This document shows positions 35,816 to 45,266 of a DNA stretch of 64,000 nt, in pieces. Position numbers and translations under genes: made by a program. The stretch spans positions 901 to 64,900 of IMG/VR virus record IMGVR_UViG_3300038393_001386. One strand, given 5' to 3'. Within the stretch, counting starts at the first letter, position 1, and each line of letters begins with the position of its first letter. Under the pieces are notes generated by a model. That model was given only the letters and a program-made list of their open reading frames with translations. It was not told the DNA's origin and searched no databases. Source of the DNA: a virus (Duplodnaviria > Caudoviricetes).

Positions 35816-36088
35816 ATGCCGCGCGTGACCACTGAGGCATTGCAAACCGAATTGAACTTGCTGCGACTGGCGATCGAAGACACTGCCGCCGCCGCCGTGC
35901 GCGACTTTTACGCCAACACCGGCTTGATCCCGATGGTGTCGTTCAGCATCGAGCGCGCCCTGATCCATCGCTTTGGCGAACCCGACCGCACCGAGCCAAC
36001 CGGCGTGCGCGTGCAAGCCGATGTCTATCTGTCGTCAGCGTCGGCCAAGCACCCGGTCGAACGCTTCCTGCCTTCCGAGCAGGAGTGA
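35816..36088 (+). CDS. Hypothetical protein
   Basis: GGGAGG RBS, 90 aa. Confidence 0.55.
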   Translation: MPRVTTEALQTELNLLRLAIEDTAAAAVRDFYANTGLIPMVSFSIERALIHRFGEPDRTEPTGVRVQADVYLSSASAKHPVERFLPSEQE

Positions 36089-36091
36089 GCC

Positions 36092-37339
36092 ATGACCATC
36101 GGCCATCGCCCGCTGGAAATTGTCTATCGTCCCTTGACAACATTGATTCCCTACGCGCGCAATGCGCGCACGCATAGCGATACGCAAGTCGGGCAAATCG
36201 CTGGCTCCATCCTGGAATTCGGCTGGACCAATCCAGTCTTGATCGATGAGCAGGGCGGCATCATTGCCGGTCATGGGCGCGTACTGGCGGCCAATGTGTT
36301 GGGGCAAACCGAGGTGCCGACCATCACGCTCTCGGGCTTGTCTGATGCTCAAAAGAAAGCCTATGTCATTGCTGACAATAAACTAGCGTTGAATGCCGGC
36401 TGGGATGAAGAATTGCTGCGGCTGGAGATACAAGAGTTGGCCGAGCTGGATTATGACTTGAACATGACCGGCTTCACCGAGGATGAAATCGCTGCGCTTA
36501 ACCAGTCTGCACAGGATATTGAGGAAGGCTTGACCGACCCCGATGCGGTGCCAGAGATACCCACTCAGCCGGTGACGAAGTTGGGTGATATTTGGCAACT
36601 TGGGAAGCATCGCGTCATGTGCGGTGATTCAACCAGCATTGATGGCGTTGCAAATCTGATGGCAGGACAGTCGGTTGACATGGTTTTTACTGATCCACCA
36701 TACGGAATTAGCATCGTCAAAGGTAATAAAGTCGGTGGTGGCGGGGCATTCGGCGGTAAAAAGAATGAAAAGAAAGATAGGTCAAACGTTATTCAATCCA
36801 GCACCTTTGCACCCATTGCTGGCGACGACACGATAGAGGTTGCAGTCGAAGCGATTCAGGTAATCGCAACTCTCGGCGCAAAGGTGGAAATCATTTGGGG
36901 TGGTAATTATTACGCCGCGCATCTGCCGAACTCATCTTGTTGGATCGTATGGGATAAGGAAAACACCGGGAATTTTGCCGATGCCGAACTTGCGTGGACC
37001 AACCAGAAAACTGCAGTGCGAATCTTCAAGCACATGTGGAATGGGATGGTTAAAGCCTCAGAGCATGGGCAGCGAAGGGTGCATCCGACACAAAAGCCTG
37101 TCGCATTAGCTGAATGGTGTTTTGATCAATATGGGCAGGAATGTGAAAGCGTATTGGACCTATTTGGCGGCAGTGGTTTTACGCTTTTAGCGTGCGAAAG
37201 AAAACACAAAACCGCATATCTCATGGAACTGTCGCCTGATTACTGCGATGTCATCATCAAGCGCTGGCAGGACTTCACAGGACAGCCTGCGGTACTGGCG
37301 TCCACCGGCGAAACCTTCGACAGCTTACGCCATGACTGA
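36092..37339 (+). CDS. ParB-domain plus N6/N4 DNA methyltransferase
   Basis: LIPYARNARTHS, IIAGHGR, FTDPPY, HPTQKP, LDLFGGSG. Confidence 0.92.
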   Translation: MTIGHRPLEIVYRPLTTLIPYARNARTHSDTQVGQIAGSILEFGWTNPVLIDEQGGIIAGHGRVLAANVLGQTEVPTITLSGLSDAQKKAYVIADNKLALNAGWDEELLRLEIQELAELDYDLNMTGFTEDEIAALNQSAQDIEEGLTDPDAVPEIPTQPVTKLGDIWQLGKHRVMCGDSTSIDGVANLMAGQSVDMVFTDPPYGISIVKGNKVGGGGAFGGKKNEKKDRSNVIQSSTFAPIAGDDTIEVAVEAIQVIATLGAKVEIIWGGNYYAAHLPNSSCWIVWDKENTGNFADAELAWTNQKTAVRIFKHMWNGMVKASEHGQRRVHPTQKPVALAEWCFDQYGQECESVLDLFGGSGFTLLACERKHKTAYLMELSPDYCDVIIKRWQDFTGQPAVLASTGETFDSLRHD

Positions 37340-37877
37340 CTATCTGCCCGCGCCGCGCAAGGTCAAAAAAGGCTATGACTGGCCCGCTATCAAGACGGAA
37401 TACATCACGTCCACGATCCATTTGCGAGACTTGGCAAACAAGCATGGCGTGCATCCATCGGTCTTGATGAAGCGTGCCGCGAAAGAAGGATGGGAAGCGG
37501 AACGCAAACAAAGGCAAGCGGACATTGCGTTGGAAGCGCAGCGCATTTTGCGTGAGGAACAATTGAATGAGCTGGTCGAGTTCAATCGCAGTGATGTCAC
37601 GCTGGCCAAGGCGCTGCGCGCGCAAATCGCCAAGCGCATCAATGCGGCGAAGGATTTGGCGAATCCGCTGCCCTTGGCAGGGCGCGAAATCCGGCAATTG
37701 TCGGCGGCACTGGTCGATACGCAAAAGGTCGGGCGACTGGCATTAGGCATTCTCGTGGAGCCGGAAGGAATGCCGTTTGCGCATCCGATGAACACGATTA
37801 ATCCCACGGCTGAGCAACTGGCAAGCGAGCAAGACTGCTTGAATGCGGCAATGGCGTGGGCATTGAAGAACATTTAA
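37332..37877 (+). CDS. terS: Terminase small subunit
   Basis: DWPAIKTEY...LANKHGV HTH, upstream of terL. Confidence 0.65.
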   Translation: MTDYLPAPRKVKKGYDWPAIKTEYITSTIHLRDLANKHGVHPSVLMKRAAKEGWEAERKQRQADIALEAQRILREEQLNELVEFNRSDVTLAKALRAQIAKRINAAKDLANPLPLAGREIRQLSAALVDTQKVGRLALGILVEPEGMPFAHPMNTINPTAEQLASEQDCLNAAMAWALKNI

Positions 37878-37886
37878 GGGGAGCGC

Positions 37887-38123
37887 ATGAAGACCAAGAC
37901 CAAGGAAGCACTGATCCTATGGGCGATTACCACGGTGTTTCTCGTGGTGTGGATATTCGCGATTGCCTCCGGCATCTGGTGGCTGTGGTGCCAGGTGGTG
38001 CCGCATTTCTGGCCACAAGGGCCGGTGACGATCGTGCATCCGGATTACTGGTATTTCACCGGCCTGATGTTCCTGGTGTCGTGGCTGTTCCGTGCGCTGT
38101 TTGGCTGGAACCCGAAGACATGA
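37887..38123 (+). CDS. Small membrane protein
   Basis: Two TM segments. Confidence 0.55.
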   Translation: MKTKTKEALILWAITTVFLVVWIFAIASGIWWLWCQVVPHFWPQGPVTIVHPDYWYFTGLMFLVSWLFRALFGWNPKT

Positions 38124-38242
38124 CGGTCGAGCAATTCCTGGACGATTACCGCGATGCGCTGGTGGCGCTGGCATTCGTGATCGTGGTGATTGTCACGCTC
38201 GGCATGGCTGCCGCGTTCGCGCTGCTGGCGACGGGGTTGTAA
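38120..38242 (+). CDS. Small single-TM protein
   Basis: Coupled ORF with a hydrophobic segment. Confidence 0.4.
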   Translation: MTVEQFLDDYRDALVALAFVIVVIVTLGMAAAFALLATGL

Positions 38243-38365
38243 TGGCGATGGCGGTGGCATTCCTGGCCGGCATCAACCTGATGGCGCTGGTGGAGCAGCC
38301 GAGTTTCCTGAACGTTTGCATCCTGCTGTTCAACCTGTGCTGCTGCTTCTGGTATCGGGGGTAAC

Positions 38366-39817
38366 GTGGGCAGCATGCTGGAGCTGCCTGCTGACGCCAA
38401 CTTTGGCGAACAGCATCTGATCAAGTCTTACCGCAAATTGTGTTCGGAAGACTTGTATCGCTTCACGCGCTATTTCTTTCGCTGTCGTTATAAATCCGAC
38501 TGGGTGCAAAATTGGCACCATCAGGCGATTTGCGACAAGTTGATGAAGGTGATCAATGGCGATATCACGCGCTTGATCATCAACCTGCCGCCGCGCTATG
38601 GCAAAACGGAACTGGCAGTCATCAATTTCATCGCCTATGGCATGGCGATTGCGCCCGATAGCGAATTCATCACGGTATCGTTTTCGGCTGGCCGCGCCGT
38701 CAACAGCACCTACATGGCGCGCAATATCGTGATGATGCCGGAGTATCAGGCGCTGTTCCCTGAGACGCAGGTATCCAAGCATGTCAAGGGCAAGGGCGAA
38801 TGGCACACGACCGCTGGCGGCATCGTGTATGGCGCGTCTGCCGATGGCACGATTACCGGCTTTGGCGCGGGCAAGAAGCGCGATGGCTTTGCCGGGGCCT
38901 TGATTATCGATGACCCGCACAAGGCGAATGAAGCCGGGTCCGACGTGATGCGGCCCAAGGTCAATGAGAACTACAACATTACGCTGGCCAATCGTTTGAA
39001 CAAGGTCGAAACCCCGATCATCCTCATCATGCAGCGCTTGCATGAGGATGACATGACGGGCTTTCTGTTGGCCGACGGCGATATCAATGGCGACAAGTGG
39101 GAGCATCTGGTGCTGCCGGCGCTCGATGAGCAGACCGGCGAGGCGCTGTGGCCGAAAATGCATACCGCCGAACGGCTGCAACGGATGGCCAAGGCCAAGC
39201 CGTATATCTTTTCCGGCCAGTACCAGCAGCGACCGGCTCCGCTCGAAGGCGGCATTTTCAAAACGAGCTGGTGGCAATACTACAATCCGAAGGCGGCACC
39301 GCGCTTTCGGCGCATCATCCTGTCATGGGATACCGCGTTCAAGACTGGGCAGGAAAACGATTATTCCTGTTGCACGGTATGGGGCGAAGCCGAGACAGGC
39401 TATTATCTGATCGATATCTGGAAAGAGAAAGTCGAAGCGCCGGTCTTGAAACAAATGGCGGTCTCGATGTATCAGCGCGTGTACCACAATCTGCGCGCGT
39501 CTGGCGTGCTGATCGAGGACAAGGCCAGCGGGCAGGGCTTGATCCAAGAACTCAAGCGCGAGACCAACATGCCGGTGATCCCGATCCAGAAGGGCAAGGG
39601 GCAGGATAAGGTCGAGCTGGCCAATTTGGTTGCGCCAATCATCCAATCCGGGCGCGTGTTCTTGCCGGAAGGGCACCCGGAAGTCGCGGGCTTCGTGCTC
39701 AGTCACGCGCAATTCCCGAATGCGGCGCATGACGACGATGTGGATAGCGGCGTGCAAGCACTATTGTGGTTCTCGCAAGGGCAGCAACTGCGCAAGGTGC
39801 AGCTCACGGGATGGTAA
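38366..39817 (+). CDS. terL: Terminase large subunit
   Basis: Walker A LPPRYGKT, Walker B LIIDDPHK, nuclease SWDTAFK...HDDDVDS. Confidence 0.95.
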   Translation: MGSMLELPADANFGEQHLIKSYRKLCSEDLYRFTRYFFRCRYKSDWVQNWHHQAICDKLMKVINGDITRLIINLPPRYGKTELAVINFIAYGMAIAPDSEFITVSFSAGRAVNSTYMARNIVMMPEYQALFPETQVSKHVKGKGEWHTTAGGIVYGASADGTITGFGAGKKRDGFAGALIIDDPHKANEAGSDVMRPKVNENYNITLANRLNKVETPIILIMQRLHEDDMTGFLLADGDINGDKWEHLVLPALDEQTGEALWPKMHTAERLQRMAKAKPYIFSGQYQQRPAPLEGGIFKTSWWQYYNPKAAPRFRRIILSWDTAFKTGQENDYSCCTVWGEAETGYYLIDIWKEKVEAPVLKQMAVSMYQRVYHNLRASGVLIEDKASGQGLIQELKRETNMPVIPIQKGKGQDKVELANLVAPIIQSGRVFLPEGHPEVAGFVLSHAQFPNAAHDDDVDSGVQALLWFSQGQQLRKVQLTGW

Positions 39818-39839
39818 CTAAAAATGCGACTAAAAAGTA

Positions 39840-39867
39840 TTGGCGGCTACCGGATCGGTAGTATAAT
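39840..39867 (+). promoter_or_regulatory. Rightward promoter with perfect operator
   Basis: TTGGCG-16nt-TATAAT; CTACC GGATC GGTAG at 39847-39861. Confidence 0.75.
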
Positions 39868-40121
39868 AAAGGTGCGTCGTGAATGACGTACCAAACCCCG
39901 GTAGAACGCTGAGGCCATCGGTGCTGGTGACGGGCAAATCATCAGGGATTCAAGCCTGCTCCCGGCGCAGGTGTGGCCAGCCGGGATCGAACATCGCCCT
40001 GCCGAGATAGCCGGCAGTCCGCTGTGGCGTGCTTTCTCCGCAGCGGAGTCCTTTCATCTGCCCCCGGCGCGGATTGCTATCAGCCGGGATTTCCCTTTCC
40101 CCATTCCTTGGGCGGATAACG

Positions 40122-40547
40122 ATGGAACCAAACTTTGAACTGTTGCGCGACGCTTACGCCATCATCGATGGCATTCCGGAATCCTATTTTGCGCTGGACC
40201 AGTGGCGCGAGGATCGACCGTGCGGCACCGTGGCATGCGCCGCTGGCTGGCTGATGCAGCACCCGCAGTTTCAAGTGCTTGGGTTGCGTGACAAGCGCCT
40301 TGATCACTCTCCATATCACTGCCCTGTCTTCAATGTTGGCATTACACAGTTTGTTGGATTTTCAGCAATGGCCCATGTCTTCAATCTATCCCTTGATGAC
40401 GCGGACGACCTTTTCGACTCTGAAGTGACGCGCTTGGACGCGGATTATGAGCATCCGATAGCCATGATCGGCGTGTCCGACAAGGATCGCTGGAAGGCGC
40501 GGGTGCGCAAGTATCTGAAGCAGCATGGCCAGCCGGTGGCCGAGTGA
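40122..40547 (+). CDS. Hypothetical protein
   Basis: CGTVACAAGW motif of a small phage family. Confidence 0.6.
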   Translation: MEPNFELLRDAYAIIDGIPESYFALDQWREDRPCGTVACAAGWLMQHPQFQVLGLRDKRLDHSPYHCPVFNVGITQFVGFSAMAHVFNLSLDDADDLFDSEVTRLDADYEHPIAMIGVSDKDRWKARVRKYLKQHGQPVAE

Positions 40548-40557
40548 AAGGGCAGCG

Positions 40558-40794
40558 ATGAAGAAACTCGCGTTGGATGAAAGTCGCGGACCGACCTTTG
40601 CCTTTAATCAGCGTGATGACGTGGAGCGGATCGTTCGCGTGTTCGCGCTGCGCGGCTATGAAATTGATGCAATGACCGCATACCACGCATGGGGTCGCTA
40701 CAGTGATGCCATGTGTGCTGGCTGGATGATGTTGCCTGACGATGACAATGAAGTGTTTCTGCATGCGCTGTCTTATACGGTCGAAGTGGAATAA
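40558..40794 (+). CDS. Hypothetical protein
   Basis: WGRYSDAMCAGWM motif. Confidence 0.6.
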   Translation: MKKLALDESRGPTFAFNQRDDVERIVRVFALRGYEIDAMTAYHAWGRYSDAMCAGWMMLPDDDNEVFLHALSYTVEVE

Positions 40795-40800
40795 CAGAAT

Positions 40801-40881
40801 GCGTGAGTAGCTCAAAAGGATAGAGCGCCGTCCTCAAATAGTCGAGACGGACATGCGGGTTCGAGTCCCGTCCACGCTCCA
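40801..40881 (+). tRNA. Atypical tRNA-like element (13-nt anticodon loop)
   Basis: GCGTG/CACGC acceptor, GCTC/GAGC D-stem, CCGTC/GACGG anticodon stem, GGGTTCGAGTCCC T-arm, terminal CCA; loop CTCAAATAGTCGA. Confidence 0.6.
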
Positions 40882-41725
40882 AGAACAGCAGTCGTGCCGA
40901 GGTCGCGTCTTAAACGCTTTCGTCGCCTCATTTGACCGAGAAACCGTAAAGCGTGACAGCCGGGAAAGACCGGCCTCAAGCAATGAGCCGACTCATCATG
41001 TGCTTGCCTGACTGGTGGTGCCACCCTGCTGGTCTGGCGAGTCGGCTCACTGGTTGAGAAGGCGGGATGCTGACCCGCTACATGAGCAGAGGACCGCCAT
41101 TGACGGTAAGAGCAGAGAGAGCAGGATGCGGTAGTCGCCGCACCGGAGTACCGGACAAACCATGTGTAGGGTGCTGGCTAACAGGATGCCGAAGACACGC
41201 GACTTGATACGGCAGCCAGATAAATCCGAAAAGTGTTAGCGAAACTGCCTCAAGCCGGGGATCAGCGCCGGCCTCAACCCCAACAAGCGAGCCGATTGTT
41301 CCGTTGCAGACTGCGGCGGTGAACAGACTTGGCCAAGTAGCAGTCGGCTCCCTTGTTGGTGGCGGAACCTTGTGGAGCCAAGCCATGGATTGGTGCAGCG
41401 TGACGGATCACGCCAGCCATCAGCACCGCTAGTTTTCAGCGGCAGGCCCGATTGGCCAAGTGTGGGCTTGAGTCGAAAACGTGACGTTTCAGGCCATTGT
41501 TGCAGACAGGACGAAACGCTGTCGCCGGACACTGTAACCGGCACCAACAGGCAAGGGCAGATATACCGGACGCATGGGCATGCACGGCGTCGCAGGCGAC
41601 CAAAGTGGACGCACCGGAGCCACCCGGCTGGCGCAGCTTTCTGTCCTTCCCTGTTGGTGACAGCAACACTCTGGTTCAGGAATCACGCGCCCGACTGGTG
41701 CGCTGTCATCAACGCTTAACTACAG
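40882..41725 (+). ncRNA. Candidate large structured non-coding RNA (GOLLD/ROOL-like size and context)
   Basis: ~850 nt with no convincing gene; helices 40984-40994/41039-41049, 41280-41298/41341-41359, 41542-41560/41641-41659; recurrent CCGG..CCGG hairpins. Confidence 0.5.
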
Positions 41726-41734
41726 GAGAACGAT

Positions 41735-41938
41735 ATGGCGATGGTAGAAGTTGGTTCAGTTGAAAAGATATTTTCTGACGCGCAAGCCGAAATCGATGAG
41801 GAAACGAGCGAGAAAGCGAAGAAGGCGATCAAGGCCAAGCTGCGCGAGCTGAGCGCGGCCAGGCAAGTGGTCGCCAATATCGAAGCGCAGGTGCGCGATT
41901 TGAAAGCGAGCATTCTCGATGGCAGTTTCACAGGTTGA
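41735..41938 (+). CDS. Coiled-coil hypothetical protein
   Basis: CAGGAG RBS, 67 aa. Confidence 0.6.
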   Translation: MAMVEVGSVEKIFSDAQAEIDEETSEKAKKAIKAKLRELSAARQVVANIEAQVRDLKASILDGSFTG

Positions 41939-42521
41939 ATTCAATCCGCGCTTGCCGGTCGAGTGGTGCGGCTGGCAATCCGATACGGTGACGCTTGGCC
42001 GCTGCGGCTGGAATCTCGCGATCAACCGCCAATACGTTGATCTGCAGATGCTCGGCAATCCCGTTGCCATGAAAATCCCGACGCGCTATGAAATCGTGCT
42101 GTCGCATCCCAGTCTCGATGTCACGCTGATGTGCTATGACTACGACTTGCAGCAAGTGCAGGTCGCCGTGCGGATGGATGGCCTCATGGGTGGCACGCAT
42201 GCGCCGCCGATCCGCTTCCAGCATGTGATGCGCCGGACCGACATGGTGCGTCATACGCCAACGCTGGTGCCGTTTGCTGACATGGCATGGGTCCAGACCG
42301 AGCCGACGATTGCAGACGTGGACACGCCGCTCTATCGTCTGCCGCTGTTCAAGGCCTTGCATGACCAATCTCAGGCGCAGGAATTGATTGTGGAGCCGCG
42401 CGACGTGCAATCGATCCTGGAGGAACTATTGAAGATGCAAGCGCCGCAGATGCGGGAAGTCCGGCAGCGCGAGCAGAAACGGCAAGTCCACGCGCAAATC
42501 ATTTCCGTGGAGGCAGCATGA
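41919..42521 (+). CDS. Hypothetical protein
   Basis: EWCGWQSDT...GW motif; 200 aa. Confidence 0.6.
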   Translation: MAVSQVEFNPRLPVEWCGWQSDTVTLGRCGWNLAINRQYVDLQMLGNPVAMKIPTRYEIVLSHPSLDVTLMCYDYDLQQVQVAVRMDGLMGGTHAPPIRFQHVMRRTDMVRHTPTLVPFADMAWVQTEPTIADVDTPLYRLPLFKALHDQSQAQELIVEPRDVQSILEELLKMQAPQMREVRQREQKRQVHAQIISVEAA

Positions 42522-42672
42522 ACGACAAGCAAGCGAAGAAGTTGCGCCGGCTGGCGCGGCAACAGACCGAAGGTTATCCAGAGCGCATCCATGTGACCAA
42601 CCGCATGGGATCGGTGGTGCTGCATCCCTCCTGCACACGCGCCGTGTATCAGCAACTGAAGAAGGAGAAAGC

Positions 42673-43041
42673 ATGAAAGACTTTAGTGAATGGGTCGTGA
42701 AGACGCCGGACTGGCGTAACGACAAAGTCGATGTGGAGCAAGCCTATCCTGGCGTGCTCAATGACGGCATCACAGCGGACAAGCTCGCGGCCACCACGAT
42801 TCGGGGCGAACCCGTGCCGGTTGGCACGCGCGACGTGCAAGTGTATCTGGTGTACTGCTCATCCGCGGATCGGCGCGGGTCGTACTATACCCCCTTATCT
42901 GTGCTGGTGAAGGGCGGCACCGCACAGGAGGCCTTCTTGGAAGGGGTTAAGTTGCTGATGGCCGATCCAGCCTTCGATCCGCGCAAGTCTTGCACGATCT
43001 GCATCGAAGAACGGCAGATGCGCGAAATCTTGAAAGCGTGA
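42673..43041 (+). CDS. Hypothetical protein
   Basis: AGGAG RBS, 122 aa. Confidence 0.5.
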   Translation: MKDFSEWVVKTPDWRNDKVDVEQAYPGVLNDGITADKLAATTIRGEPVPVGTRDVQVYLVYCSSADRRGSYYTPLSVLVKGGTAQEAFLEGVKLLMADPAFDPRKSCTICIEERQMREILKA

Positions 43042-43049
43042 TTTCCGCT

Positions 43050-43077
43050 GTTGCACTACCAAAAAGGTCGGTATAAT
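43050..43077 (+). promoter_or_regulatory. Promoter with operator upstream of portal
   Basis: GTTGCA-CTACC AAAAA GGTCG-G-TATAAT. Confidence 0.65.
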
Positions 43078-43138
43078 ACTATTACTGTCTCCTTACCCAG
43101 TCTCCTGTAAGGTGGATGGTCTCCAAAGCGCAATCTTT

Positions 43139-43166
43139 GCCCCGCCTCGTGCGGGGCTTTTCTTTT
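43139..43166 (+). terminator. Intrinsic terminator in the portal leader
   Basis: GCCCCGC-CTCGT-GCGGGGC-TTTTCTTTT. Confidence 0.8.
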
Positions 43167-43290
43167 GGTTTCCCGTGAAACGTCCAAAATGGACGTAATG
43201 CAACCTTTATTTCCGCAAAGCAGCGTCATTCCGGTATAGTTGCGAACTAGAAATGCGACCATTTCGGTCTTGCAACTACCGGGAGGCGCG

Positions 43291-44784
43291 ATGCCGGGCG
43301 TCCGCACACAACATAAAGCCTATAAGGCCAGCCTGCCGGTCTGGCAACGCTGCCGCGACGCTGCCGCCGGCCAGGATGCGATCCGCGCCGCTGGCGAAAC
43401 CTACCTGCCGCGCCTGGCCGACCAGGATAGCGCCGCTTATACCTCGTACCTGACCCGCGCCAACTGGTTCAACGCCACCTCGCGCACCATCGAAGGCTTG
43501 AAGGGCATGCTGTTCCGCAAGCCGGAGCAGGTGGACGTGCCGGAAGGCATCCTGCCGCTGCTCGATGATGTGACGATGGGTGGCGAACCGCTGCACCTGT
43601 TCGCGCAGCAGATCGCGCAGGAAGTCTTGACCGTGGGCCGCGTCGGCCTATTGGTCGATCATCCGAGCGCGCCGGTCGATAGCGCGCCGCTGACCATCGC
43701 CCGCGCGCAACAGCTCGGCATGCGCCCGAAACTGGCGCAGTATTGCGCCGAATCGATCTGGAACTGGAAGTGCGAGCGCATCAACAATGTCCACCAACTG
43801 ACGATGGTGGTGCTGCATGAAGATGCGCAAGTGCCAGGTGACGATGAATTCGACGTGAAAACCGAAGACCGCTGGCGCGTACTCGACCTGCAACTGACCA
43901 CGCAGGGGCCGGTGTACCGGCAGCGGCTGTTCAAGGTGGACAAGCAAACCGACAAGGATGTGCTGCTCGAAGTGGTGTACCCGCAGCTCGATGGCAAGTT
44001 CCTCACGGCCATCCCGTTCACCTTCATCGGTGTCGAAGGCTTGCATGCAGACCCGGAAATCCCGCCGCTGGTCGATCTGGTCGATGTTAACCTGTCGCAC
44101 TTCCGCGTGTCAGCCGATTATGAGCACGGCTGCCATTTCACCGGCTTGCCCACGCCGTACATCGCCGGCTATTTTGCCGACACCGATGCCAAGCTGCACG
44201 TCGGCTCCTTGACCGCCTGGGTGTTCCAGAGCGAAAACACGAAAGTCGGCTACCTGGAATTCACCGGCCAGGGCTTGTCGTGCCTGGTGGAGAACATGGT
44301 CGCCAAGAAGGACATGATGGCGATCCTCGGTGCGCGGCTGTTGACCACCGACAGCGGCAGCAACCAAACCGCGATGACGGCGGCGATCCACCACGGCGGC
44401 GAAACCTCCATTTTGGGCGCGATCGCGCAAACCATTTCGCTTGGCCTGCAGCGGCAACTGACGCTGTTCTGCGCCTGGGCTGGCCAGGCGGCGGACGTGG
44501 TGTACCAGGTCAACCAAGAGTTTTATCCGTTCCCGGTCGATGCGCCAACGCTGACGGCGGTGGTGGCCGCATGGCAGCAGGGCGCGATCAGCGATGAAAC
44601 CAAGTTCGATTACCTGCAGCAGCGCGAAGTGATCGGGCCGGAAGTCACATTCGAGGAAGAACAGCAGCGGCTGGCCAAGCAACAGGCCGAGCGCGATGCG
44701 CGCGAGCAGGCGAAAGCCCAAGCCAACGCGGCGCTGCAGGTGGCGACTGCCAACCAGATGCCGGATAAAGTGCCGCCGAAATAA
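43291..44784 (+). CDS. Portal protein (DUF4055-like)
   Basis: GGGAGG RBS; YLTRANWFNATSRTIEGLKG, IPFTFIG...PPLVDLVDVNLSHF, YLEFTG. Confidence 0.88.
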   Translation: MPGVRTQHKAYKASLPVWQRCRDAAAGQDAIRAAGETYLPRLADQDSAAYTSYLTRANWFNATSRTIEGLKGMLFRKPEQVDVPEGILPLLDDVTMGGEPLHLFAQQIAQEVLTVGRVGLLVDHPSAPVDSAPLTIARAQQLGMRPKLAQYCAESIWNWKCERINNVHQLTMVVLHEDAQVPGDDEFDVKTEDRWRVLDLQLTTQGPVYRQRLFKVDKQTDKDVLLEVVYPQLDGKFLTAIPFTFIGVEGLHADPEIPPLVDLVDVNLSHFRVSADYEHGCHFTGLPTPYIAGYFADTDAKLHVGSLTAWVFQSENTKVGYLEFTGQGLSCLVENMVAKKDMMAILGARLLTTDSGSNQTAMTAAIHHGGETSILGAIAQTISLGLQRQLTLFCAWAGQAADVVYQVNQEFYPFPVDAPTLTAVVAAWQQGAISDETKFDYLQQREVIGPEVTFEEEQQRLAKQQAERDAREQAKAQANAALQVATANQMPDKVPPK

Positions 44785-44893
44785 CCGCCTAAAAAAGTCG
44801 TTAATCGTCCAATTTCGGCTACACAAATTTCCGCAGAGCATTACAATAAGCGCCAGTTGCAGTGTGGAAAGGGCCGCATTGTGTCCATGATTG

Positions 44894-44908
44894 CTACCAA
44901 AACAGTCG
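44894..44908. promoter_or_regulatory. Operator variant
   Basis: CTACC AAAAC AGTCG, nearly identical to the switch site at 34687. Confidence 0.55.
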
Positions 44909-44930
44909 CAAGACGACCGGAGCGGTAATC

Positions 44931-45266
44931 ATGAACGCGCACCGGCATTTGCTGTTGGCGATCAGTTATCCGCCGCGCTGGTGCCGCAATGCGACCGCCA
45001 ACCTGTCGTTTTGCTCATTGTGCGGCTCGCTGCATCCGGACGATGTGCCGCTCGTGATTCCGGCGCAGGCGCTGCAGTACCACGCCGGCCTGCCGCACAA
45101 AGTCGGATTGGGCAAGCTCGGCTGGTTTTGCCTGGCCCATTTGCTCGATGCCACGCCGGCGCAAGTCGCGCGCATCGAAACCGCGCTGCGCTACCGCTTC
45201 ACGCTCGATGCGTCGGGCGACGTGGTTAGTTATGTGCCACTGGTGTGGCGGACCGATTGGCAGTAG
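44931..45266 (+). CDS. Hypothetical protein (moron-like, in head module)
   Basis: CSLCGSLHP motif, between portal and scaffold. Confidence 0.5.
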   Translation: MNAHRHLLLAISYPPRWCRNATANLSFCSLCGSLHPDDVPLVIPAQALQYHAGLPHKVGLGKLGWFCLAHLLDATPAQVARIETALRYRFTLDASGDVVSYVPLVWRTDWQ

